Shown here one piece after another: positions 28,892-37,209 of a DNA stretch of 64,000 nt. The notes below the pieces were generated by a model. That model made no database searches and was not told the DNA's origin. It saw nothing but the letters and a program-made list of their open reading frames with translations. How positions within the stretch are numbered: the stretch's first letter is position 1; each line of letters starts with the position of its first letter. A program made the translations under genes and the position numbers. The stretch is from positions 1 to 64,000 of IMG/VR virus record IMGVR_UViG_3300023174_000038; one strand, written 5' to 3'.

Positions 28892-28975
28892 AAAATTTCC
28901 TTTTAAAAATAAACCTGATTAATCAGGCTAGACTAATATTTATAGTAATTTTTTCTACCCATATAAAATAGTTGT

Positions 28976-29668
28976 TTACGTAATAACGTCTGCTTTAACA
29001 TGAAAAATAGCTCTTTTTACCAAACTATCTATACTATTAACTAAGGGAATGCCGTTTTTTTCTACTTCTCTAACGGCTAATGGTAATTCTGTACAACCTA
29101 ATACTACTGCACTTGCTCCACGACTAATCAAACTGTCTACTACAGGCATTAACATATTATGTGATACAACCATATCCCCTGCCTTAATTAAATCTATAGC
29201 AGGTTGTACTATGTTGTTCATTTCTTCTTGACTGGGGACAATACAATCCCAATCAATTAAACGATTTTGATATAAGCCTAATTCAATTGTAGCTTGTGTT
29301 CCCATTATACCTATTGTACCCGTAACATTTATATCACGTAATACATCAGCTACACTATCTACAATATGTAAAATAGGAACTTTAAATTTAACTAATTCAT
29401 CATACCAGTAATGCGCTGTATTACAAGGGATAACAATCGTAGTACATCCAACTGCTTTCAATACTTGCATACCTTGTAGTAAATATGGTAGTGGTCTATC
29501 ATCACCATTACGTATACTTGTGCTACGATCAGGTACACGTGGCTCATTCCATAATACAAATGGAATATGTTCTTGGTCACAAGTTGCGGGGGTTTGTTGT
29601 ATAAGTCGTGTTATATATTCCGCACTTGCTGCCGGACCCATACCGCCTAGTATACCTAGACGTTTCAT
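28976..29668 (-). CDS. Aspartate/glutamate racemase family protein
   Basis: LGILGGMGP, catalytic cysteine pair IPCNTAH and LGCTELP. Confidence 0.92.
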   Translation of the reverse strand: MKRLGILGGMGPAASAEYITRLIQQTPATCDQEHIPFVLWNEPRVPDRSTSIRNGDDRPLPYLLQGMQVLKAVGCTTIVIPCNTAHYWYDELVKFKVPILHIVDSVADVLRDINVTGTIGIMGTQATIELGLYQNRLIDWDCIVPSQEEMNNIVQPAIDLIKAGDMVVSHNMLMPVVDSLISRGASAVVLGCTELPLAVREVEKNGIPLVNSIDSLVKRAIFHVKADVIT

Positions 29669-30270
29669 TTTTTGTTAAACAATAAACTAGATGCAATAAC
29701 CATAGCAGTTTGTGCGGCTTCTACATCTGTGGGTTGTTCTTTCCAACCTACACTAATCTGCCCAATGAAGACTCCGGGCTCTGCTGGTACACTGATACGA
29801 CACATATAGTTTACTCCGTATTCTTTATATACAAATCCAATAAGACTTTGTGGCTTTGTATATGGGCTACAGGGAATCTTACCTGACATCAATCCAATAA
29901 CATCGTTATTATTGTCATAGTTTTTACTAAACAACCCAACTTCTAATCCGTCATTTCTTTTATCTCTACCACCATTGCGTGTAGCTAAGTAAACAACTTT
30001 TCGTGTGTTAAGCAATGTATTGACTTCAAGAAAGGCAACCATTTCTACTTCAGTATTTTTTAATAAGAAATTATATGCGTCATCATACTTACCGTTCATC
30101 TTTGGTAATGCCTGTTGAGCACGGTAACTTGCTAAGAAGGCATCTTTTTCTGTATAAACTATCCAACCACCAAATCCTAGTACACAGAGAAACACAACGG
30201 TGAATAGGCGAAATGGACTTTCGCCTATATAGGTTAATAAACTAAAGAGAAAATCTTTAAGTTTGTCCAC
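29665..30270 (-). CDS. Single-TM membrane protein with a C-terminal GAF-like domain; resembles the T4 holin T architecture
   Basis: N-terminal amphipathic segment, TM at about aa 20-39, two Cys, C-terminal strand-strand-helix pattern; CDS is solid, function is inference. Confidence 0.55.
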   Translation of the reverse strand: MDKLKDFLFSLLTYIGESPFRLFTVVFLCVLGFGGWIVYTEKDAFLASYRAQQALPKMNGKYDDAYNFLLKNTEVEMVAFLEVNTLLNTRKVVYLATRNGGRDKRNDGLEVGLFSKNYDNNNDVIGLMSGKIPCSPYTKPQSLIGFVYKEYGVNYMCRISVPAEPGVFIGQISVGWKEQPTDVEAAQTAMVIASSLLFNKK

Positions 30271-31534
30271 CAGTAGCTACCTCTTTGTCGCAGACAAATG
30301 CTGTTACTGCAACATTGCCGTGTACGTGACTTGCTGTACGAATCATATCCATTAATGGATCAACGGCAATTAACAATACTAACACAGCTTCACTTGGTAG
30401 TTTTAATAAGTCACACACAACTGCTACTGTAGCAACTGTAAGAATACCTGTTGTACCTGCACTTGCTAATCCTGCCAAAATACTACCAAATAACACAACT
30501 GCTAGTCCCGTTAAGCCTAATGGAGCATCATAGATATTAGCAATGAATACTGTAGCAATAGCATAGTAAACAATACTACCAATACGATTGACTGTAAAAC
30601 TTAGTGGAACTGTTAGTTCAACACCACCTTTATCAAAGTGTAGTCTGTGTAATGATTCTTGTGCGTATGGAATACAAGCTAAACTACTACGTGAACTAAT
30701 AGCAACAATCAATGTTTCTTTAGTTTCACGGATAACAGTCATTAGACTTAATCCACTACGATACCAGATCATAGCAGTACCTGCGGCTACAACTAATAGT
30801 CCACCAACAAACTGTTGGAATACAAAGTCAAACATTGTTAAGAATATACCTACCCCTACCTTACCAACTTGGGCAGCAATCATTGCTAATAGAGCGATTG
30901 GTAAAAAGTAATTTAAGAATTTAAAGATACTGATACTTGCTTGTTGAATGCTTTTAAGTACTTCAACTAGCATCTTTTGACCTTCTGTTTTAAGATGTCC
31001 AAGAGCAACACCAAATATTAAACAGAAGATAACAATCTTCAAACTTTCACCATTGTTTAACGTGTTGAAAATGTTTTCTGGAATAAACTTCTCTGCCATC
31101 TTACCTGCACTTACTGCCGGTGCTACTGGCATTGGTTCTTTAAGAGTAATGTTTAAATCAGTACCACTGTCTTTGTTATTAACCAATACACCAAGTTGTG
31201 TTTTCTTTTCAGGAGTCATTTCAGTTCCTGTGACTAAAACTGTACCTACGCCAATTATTGCGGCTAAGAACATGCTACCAACAAAGCCTACAATGATTTT
31301 GCGTATTAATTGTTGGCTGCCTTCTTTTTGTAGTAAGCCAATGATACCAACTAGTATAGTTGCTAACAAGAATGGTAGTACAACAACTTTAAGTAAACTT
31401 ATATAGATACTACCAATACTATCAAAGTTAATGCTGAACTCGGGTGCGTAAACACCACTCAATATACCCACGATAATAGAACCAAGTATGGTCCACGGGC
31501 TTGTTAAAAACGTTTTTAAATGTGCGGTTGTCAT
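30257..31534 (-). CDS. Dicarboxylate/amino acid:cation symporter (DAACS, GltP-like)
   Basis: Multi-TM; LLK.VVLP, FIPENIF, SSRSS motif, DMIRTA in TM8. Confidence 0.9.
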   Translation of the reverse strand: MTTAHLKTFLTSPWTILGSIIVGILSGVYAPEFSINFDSIGSIYISLLKVVVLPFLLATILVGIIGLLQKEGSQQLIRKIIVGFVGSMFLAAIIGVGTVLVTGTEMTPEKKTQLGVLVNNKDSGTDLNITLKEPMPVAPAVSAGKMAEKFIPENIFNTLNNGESLKIVIFCLIFGVALGHLKTEGQKMLVEVLKSIQQASISIFKFLNYFLPIALLAMIAAQVGKVGVGIFLTMFDFVFQQFVGGLLVVAAGTAMIWYRSGLSLMTVIRETKETLIVAISSRSSLACIPYAQESLHRLHFDKGGVELTVPLSFTVNRIGSIVYYAIATVFIANIYDAPLGLTGLAVVLFGSILAGLASAGTTGILTVATVAVVCDLLKLPSEAVLVLLIAVDPLMDMIRTASHVHGNVAVTAFVCDKEVATGGQT

Positions 31535-31543
31535 ACTGAGTCC

Positions 31544-32361
31544 TTATTTCTTTTCAGCTTTGTAGCGATCCATTAACTTTTTAGTGTCAATATTACTGTA
31601 TTCATTTTTAATAACGTAATTAATAATGCTTAACAGTTGTAGTGATTTAGGATTTACTGCTACAGCAATATTATCTACGCTATCACTTATTGTAATTGTC
31701 TTAGTACTAATTGCGGCGTCTGGTTTCTCAAAAGCAATTTTCTTAATTTCAAACTCATCACGGTACGCAGCCGCAATATCACCCCTTGTAACTTTATCAA
31801 TGATTACATCCCATTTATCTTCTGGTAGAAATACAGCATTAGGGAAATTGATACGGGCAAATGTGTCATAGCTTGAGTTACGAATAAAACTTATTTTACC
31901 GTTAAAATCTCTAATTACTTGATATGTTTCTTTGCCTTGACTATTTTGACTTAGCCATAAACGATTAACAACTAAACTTTGTCTTAGCTTAATATAAGGA
32001 TCACTGAACCTAACAACCTGTAATCTAGGGCCGGTTACTGACAATTTGCTAACAGCAATATCGGCACGTCCGTCTCGTACTTGTTCAACAACTTCAGCAA
32101 AACTTTCTGCATCTCGTCTAAATTGTACTGGAACTCCGAGTAATACTCCAATTCTTCGTGCAATTTCAACGTCAAGACCATGGATATCATCCTCACCGCC
32201 ACTGAAGAAGGGAGGGTTATCTTTTTTGGTCATAGCCACAATAAGAACGTTTGCTTTCTTAATTGCGGCTATATCAGGGGGTAGTGGTACCGTAGAAGTT
32301 GGTAATTGTGCGTGGACAACTGAACTAATCAGTACAAATAATAATAGTAGTAGTTTTTTCA
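31544..32361 (-). CDS. Periplasmic amino-acid binding protein (family 3 SBP)
   Basis: Signal peptide MKKLLLL, NPPFF, GLDVEIA, GRADIAVS.LSVT..R, RFSDPY; start near 32361 (track start 32380). Confidence 0.85.
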
Positions 32362-32404
32362 TAGTGTTGTATTTATGCAAGGTTATATGTCAATTGTTTT
32401 ACTA

Positions 32405-32430
32405 ATAAAAAAGAGCCCCACAGAGCCCTT
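32405..32430 (-). terminator. Intrinsic terminator
   Basis: GC-rich hairpin AAGGGCTCTGTGGGGCTCTT followed by a T tract. Confidence 0.65.
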
Positions 32431-32512
32431 AGTACTGGTTACGCAAATCCAGCGACACGCTATTTTGTGTCCGATTTAAATATAGCTAAAAACCAGCGTT
32501 TAACGCCAGTAA

Positions 32513-33160
32513 TTACTTTCCCAATAAGCTGTCAACCTTAGCCTCAGCAACATCTAAACGTGCTTCAATAGCGTCCAATATTGGATCTGCTGGAGTAGAA
32601 ACTGCTTCAACAATTTGTTGTGTTACTTCAGGAGAAACTTCTTCAACACCTGTAGCTGTAGCAATTACTTCAGCAACTGCGGCTGCTACTTCTTGTGCTA
32701 CTTCTGGGGCCGGAGTTGGCATATCAGCAACTGCTTGCATAATAGCTTCTGTAATTGCTACTGGATCAACTACAACTTCTGGCTCTGCTGTTACAACTGC
32801 CATAACTGCGGCTGCAACGATTTCAGCAACTTCCTCATGAGCAACGGCTGCTGCTTCAGTTTGTGCTATAACAACGTCAGCAACAATGTCAGCGGCTTCT
32901 GCATGGTCAGCACTTGGTGATAGTGCAACTACTTCTTCAACTTCTATCGGTGCATCTGCGGCTGGGGCAGAAATAATAGCATCAATATGTTCTTGAGTTT
33001 GAACAGCAATCAAGTGGTCAACTTGTACTTCAACTACGGATAATCTTGCGTCTAGTTCTTCAATGCTTATGGCACTGTCTGTGTTAACTGTTGTTCCAGT
33101 TAGGTTGGCTAATTTGGCTTCTACAGCTACTAATCTTGCGGCTAAATCTTCAAATCTCAT
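32513..33160 (-). CDS. Acidic Ala/Val/Glu-rich protein with three ARLxxxE coiled-coil motifs; likely -1 frameshift extension to 32460
   Basis: SD AAGGAG; ends G GGA AAG TAA followed by a hairpin. Confidence 0.75.
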   Translation of the reverse strand: MRFEDLAARLVAVEAKLANLTGTTVNTDSAISIEELDARLSVVEVQVDHLIAVQTQEHIDAIISAPAADAPIEVEEVVALSPSADHAEAADIVADVVIAQTEAAAVAHEEVAEIVAAAVMAVVTAEPEVVVDPVAITEAIMQAVADMPTPAPEVAQEVAAAVAEVIATATGVEEVSPEVTQQIVEAVSTPADPILDAIEARLDVAEAKVDSLLGK

Positions 33161-33206
33161 GAGTTTCTCCTTGTGGGGTTAATTGTGTGCCACCATGGCA
33201 CATAAT

Positions 33207-33241
33207 TATTTAACAAGTATTGTGTGACAATGATGTGACAA
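33207..33241 (-). promoter_or_regulatory. Pho-box-like direct repeat plus TAAATA
   Basis: TTGTCAC-ATCA-TTGTCAC, 11 nt, TAAATA. Confidence 0.7.
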
Positions 33242-33242
33242 A

Positions 33243-33953
33243 TCACGACCAATATTTAGATCCGTCTAAATTGTCCCAATATTTTTTATTGTTCCGATTA
33301 ACAAAATTCTTAACCAAATATTTACCCATACCAAGATATCCCATCTTTTTAAATCTACGACTATCCTGTCCAAAGTGATGCTTAATGATTCTAAATTTTT
33401 TTGGACTGTACTTTTTAGACAAGAAATAATCCTCAGATGTTACAAACTGTTCAGGGAATCCTCCATATTCAATAAACTTATCTCTACGGGTTAGCATAAA
33501 TGCCCCAACAGCAAATGGACTAAAGAATTTCAATGTATGATTTATTGTATTAAAAAGCGTAAATCCAATCATAGCTCTTGGGTCTTTATCATAAGATTTG
33601 ATGTTTAACCCAACAAGATCCAATTGTTTAGATTCCATAATATCTACTGCATCTTTTATTACATTATTCTTAAAGAAACGAACATCAGCATCAATGAATA
33701 AAATGTACGGCGTTGTGGCTAATTTAGCACCGTTATTTTTAGCAATAGAAACAGGGCCGCCACCAATAATTTCAACATTCAATGAATAACTATTATCTTT
33801 AATGACCTTTCTAGTATTATCAGTGGAACAGTCAGCAATGATAACTCTAGTATCACCAATATCTTGACTACGCAACGAATCTAACAAATGATGAATATAA
33901 TTTTCTTCATTCTTGCAAGGTACAACAATAGTAATTTTATCACTGAGTTTCAT
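33243..33953 (-). CDS. Family 2 glycosyltransferase
   Basis: TIVVPCKNEE, IIADCSTDNT, KNNGA, LFIDAD, GGF, SED; start MKLSDK at 33953. Confidence 0.9.
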   Translation of the reverse strand: MKLSDKITIVVPCKNEENYIHHLLDSLRSQDIGDTRVIIADCSTDNTRKVIKDNSYSLNVEIIGGGPVSIAKNNGAKLATTPYILFIDADVRFFKNNVIKDAVDIMESKQLDLVGLNIKSYDKDPRAMIGFTLFNTINHTLKFFSPFAVGAFMLTRRDKFIEYGGFPEQFVTSEDYFLSKKYSPKKFRIIKHHFGQDSRRFKKMGYLGMGKYLVKNFVNRNNKKYWDNLDGSKYWS

Positions 33954-34120
33954 TTTTTTATACACTTTCCTTCAATTTTAAATTGATTAAACTTTAACCA
34001 ATATGTCATACTTTGTAAACTTTGTTCACATGAGGATCGGTCCTGAAATGTCAGTTCTACCCGTCCCGGTATGTCCTTTGGGTCGTTCATATGAACTGCT
34101 AATATTAGTAATACCCACAT
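33950..34120 (-). CDS. 56-aa protein with hydrophobic N-terminus (MWVLLILAVHMNDPKDIPGRVELTFQDRSSCEQ...GKCIKK)
   Basis: Hand translation; SD GGAGAAGGA; ATGA overlap with the GT2 start; overlaps the tail of the upstream phosphoesterase gene. Confidence 0.55.
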   Translation of the reverse strand: MWVLLILAVHMNDPKDIPGRVELTFQDRSSCEQSLQSMTYWLKFNQFKIEGKCIKK

Positions 34121-34868
34121 TGTCCTTCTCCTTAGTCCAAGTAACTATTTCCCAACGTCCATCATGATGTTCTACTAATGCTGTACAACTTTCAACCCAG
34201 TCGCCATCATTCATATAGATAACACCATCTATAGTTTTTATTTCAGCATGGTGTATATGACCACATATCACACCATCAAAGCCACGCTTTTTACAATAGC
34301 CAGCAAGATTCTTTTCAAACTGAAACATAAAATCTATAGCTTTTTTTACTTTGTGTTTAAGGTATTTGCTAATACTAAAGTACCCAAAACCAAAACGATG
34401 ACGTATCCAATTGAACTTACTATTGAGCGATAAAATGAAATCATATGCTTTGTCTCCTAAAAATGCTAACCAAGGTGCTAGTCGTGTTATGCCATCAAAC
34501 AAATCACCATGTGTAACTAAATAATGCTTACCATCTATACCTATATGTTCTATTTGATTATGAATTTCTATAAGACCAAAACTAAAATCATATGGAATCA
34601 TAGGTCTTAAAAACTCATCGTGATTGCCAGCAATATAAACAACTCTAGTACCACGTTTAGCATGGCCTAACACTCTACGTACTACATTGGTATGGCTTTG
34701 TTTCCAGCGCCATTTGTTTTGCTGTATACGCCATGCATCAATAATATCACCTACTAGATAAAGTGTATCACATGTATTGTGCTTTAAAAAGTTATTTAAC
34801 CTATCAGCCTGACTATCTTTGGTACCTAAATGTACATCACTCACAAAAATAGAACGATATGTTTTCAT
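34026..34868 (-). CDS. Metallophosphoesterase of the PlcP/LpxH-like family
   Basis: SDVHLG, LVGDIID.W, GNHDE, HGDLFD, CGHIHH, YMNDGDWVESCTAL; start MKTYRS at 34868. Confidence 0.85.
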   Translation of the reverse strand: MKTYRSIFVSDVHLGTKDSQADRLNNFLKHNTCDTLYLVGDIIDAWRIQQNKWRWKQSHTNVVRRVLGHAKRGTRVVYIAGNHDEFLRPMIPYDFSFGLIEIHNQIEHIGIDGKHYLVTHGDLFDGITRLAPWLAFLGDKAYDFILSLNSKFNWIRHRFGFGYFSISKYLKHKVKKAIDFMFQFEKNLAGYCKKRGFDGVICGHIHHAEIKTIDGVIYMNDGDWVESCTALVEHHDGRWEIVTWTKEKDNVGITNISSSYERPKGHTGTGRTDISGPILM

Positions 34869-34872
34869 ATAG

Positions 34873-34907
34873 TATTTATTGAGAGATATGTGACAAATTA
34901 GTGACAA
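34873..34907 (-). promoter_or_regulatory. Pho-box-like direct repeat plus TAAATA
   Basis: TTGTCAC-TAAT-TTGTCAC, 11 nt, TAAATA, 4 nt, ATG. Confidence 0.72.
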
Positions 34908-34909
34908 TC

Positions 34910-35530
34910 TTATTTGTTAGCTAAAGGATTGTCCATAGCTTTTTGTATTTTGCTATCAACTTCTCTCTTTAGCGTCTCTACTTCACGGTTGATTTCTCTA
35001 CGTGCCGCAGTAAATTCACTGTTAATTTCTTTACGGGTTGATTCCATATCTTTGCGAATTTGATTAGCTTCGTTCCTTGCTCTCTCCAAGTCTTCTCGCA
35101 CAGCTTTACGCATATCACGCATTTCTGATTCTGTTTCACGTTGTGCATTCTTAACACTACGTTCTACTTGTTCAGTTACAGTTTCATTACGGCGAATATC
35201 GTTCTTTAAATCGGTTTTGATATCACGTGTGTAATCAGCACCCTTTTGACTATTTTCTTCAATAACTGCTAAACGCTTATCAAATCCAGATAAGTCTGGC
35301 GCAGAGTATTCAGCTATCTTTTTCTTCATACCCACATAGTCTTTATAGACTTCAAATGTTCCATAAAGTCCACCTAATATAGATGATACGATAGTAAACG
35401 CTACCATTAGTTTAGCTGGAGTAAACTCATACCCACCAATACTAATTACAGTATCTTTACTTGCGTATTTCTTAGCGGCGGCTTCAAGTTCATCAACTTT
35501 AGCATTTACGTTTTTAATTTCTTCACTCAT
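34910..35530 (-). CDS. Membrane-anchored coiled-coil protein
   Basis: One TM (LMVAFTIVSSILGGLYG), long R/E/K heptad region, ends DNPLANK. Confidence 0.75.
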   Translation of the reverse strand: MSEEIKNVNAKVDELEAAAKKYASKDTVISIGGYEFTPAKLMVAFTIVSSILGGLYGTFEVYKDYVGMKKKIAEYSAPDLSGFDKRLAVIEENSQKGADYTRDIKTDLKNDIRRNETVTEQVERSVKNAQRETESEMRDMRKAVREDLERARNEANQIRKDMESTRKEINSEFTAARREINREVETLKREVDSKIQKAMDNPLANK

Positions 35531-35541
35531 TTTATTTTCCT

Positions 35542-37209
35542 TTATTTATATTGTAGATTCACCAAATCTTGGTGTAGTTTATCGCTAGACAATTGACGCA
35601 AAACTCTTGCGTTGTCTACATTTACTTGATTTTTGTAAATCTCTTTTGGTGCATAGAACGGTGCATCTGCTAATGCAAATGAATATGCTTGATAGCCTGC
35701 AGGTTGTGTTGCCATTCTTGCTATATCAACACCGCCGGCTAATTCATTTGGCTGAACATTTCTATTCACTGTTTCTGTCTTTTGTTCTTGTGTATTTGTA
35801 TTTTGTACAATTGGTCTTTCTTCAATTGCATCATTCAATACTGAACGTGAACCCATTTTAATACCTTCATTCTGAGGTACTTCTATTTCAGGAGTAGTAG
35901 CATTACGACCCTGCGGTGATTGTAAACTATACATTTCAGTTGATCCAAATGAAACATTATTACTCATTGTATTATTAGGATCAGAAAATATAGTTTGAGT
36001 TGGTGAACGTAGTCCTCCAAGATTGATTACACTAGTCTGTGTAGTATTTACAATAGCAACAATAGATGATTGTGAGGATGTATTTATTTGTGTAGTTGAT
36101 GATCCAGTAGTTGTCATACTGCTAGTAACACTTTGTGCAGTTAGTGAACCAGCAACTGATTCTGCTTGTTCTCGTGCTTGCTGTGCATCTTTTGCGGCGG
36201 CTGACTCTGCTGCCTGAACAACTGCCTTAGCTTCATTGCCTATTCTAGTTTGGTTACTACTAATCATACTTAATACATTACCTAGACTAGGACCGGCTTT
36301 ACTATCATCTTTAGCAGATTTATTTTCACTAGGACGAGGCTGAGATCCTGCAGGAGGAGGATTTCCTGGCGGGGGAAGGGGCCCTGCTTGTTGAGAACCA
36401 TTAGGTGGGGGAGGACTACCTGGGGGAGGAGGTGGAGGTGCGCCATCTTCTGGTGGAGGTGGGGGAGGTGCATCCGCTACTGCTACTGGAGTAGGTGCTA
36501 ATTTAGCAAGAGCATCTGAGTAACCTCTACAACTAGGTGAGTATAATGGGTTAGTAGCACAAGGGTCAACACTATACTTCAAACTAAAATTTACATTAAT
36601 AATTTCAGGACCATATGGTCCAACCCAGTAGTTGTTGTCTCTTCCCACAAATCCATACTGAGCATTACCTAAATCAGGAGTAGCATATGCTGACTTAAAT
36701 GTTTCTGACCAATAGAACTGAGTCCAACCATATCTACGATTTACATCATAGTTGTATGCTTCTACTACCTTTGTGTTTGTGTTGTTGTATATGTTTACAT
36801 AAGCCTTTAGATAATCTTGTCTGCCATCATCCCATCCATTACCGTTCTTAGCAGTAAAGCCAAAGTTAAAACCATTCACTTGTAATCCTGTGCCACTATT
36901 AGGTAGCGCATTTTTAATAGCAACAGTTTGATTTAAGTCTGTTAGTCCATATGAAAAATTAATGACATTAGACCCTGCGCCCCAGGCGGCAACTCTGGGC
37001 AATGGACCACAATAACCAGGGCCGCCCGGCTCCCAACATGTAAGCTGTTGACCAATAGTACCGGCATTTTGCCATGTACTTGTAGTAGCTGTGGCATTAC
37101 TGGTAAAATTGACCAAATTACCAGTTGTTGTTACATCCTGACTATTAGAATATCTTATTGACAATAAGACCAAGAACAGCCCCAATGCCAATTTTCTTAT
37201 AAGTGTCAT
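35542..37209 (-). CDS. Secreted/surface protein with a beta-rich N-domain, Pro-rich linker and low-complexity stalk
   Basis: Signal peptide; DPCATNPLYSPSC; PPPPPP runs. Confidence 0.75.
   Translation of the reverse strand: MTLIRKLALGLFLVLLSIRYSNSQDVTTTGNLVNFTSNATATTSTWQNAGTIGQQLTCWEPGGPGYCGPLPRVAAWGAGSNVINFSYGLTDLNQTVAIKNALPNSGTGLQVNGFNFGFTAKNGNGWDDGRQDYLKAYVNIYNNTNTKVVEAYNYDVNRRYGWTQFYWSETFKSAYATPDLGNAQYGFVGRDNNYWVGPYGPEIINVNFSLKYSVDPCATNPLYSPSCRGYSDALAKLAPTPVAVADAPPPPPPEDGAPPPPPPGSPPPPNGSQQAGPLPPPGNPPPAGSQPRPSENKSAKDDSKAGPSLGNVLSMISSNQTRIGNEAKAVVQAAESAAAKDAQQAREQAESVAGSLTAQSVTSSMTTTGSSTTQINTSSQSSIVAIVNTTQTSVINLGGLRSPTQTIFSDPNNTMSNNVSFGSTEMYSLQSPQGRNATTPEIEVPQNEGIKMGSRSVLNDAIEERPIVQNTNTQEQKTETVNRNVQPNELAGGVDIARMATQPAGYQAYSFALADAPFYAPKEIYKNQVNVDNARVLRQLSSDKLHQDLVNLQYK

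Noticed and set aside
32425-32455. PreQ1-I riboswitch resemblance of CTGG-loop-CCAG
   Set aside because: Lacks the A-rich tail and there is no queuosine-related gene downstream
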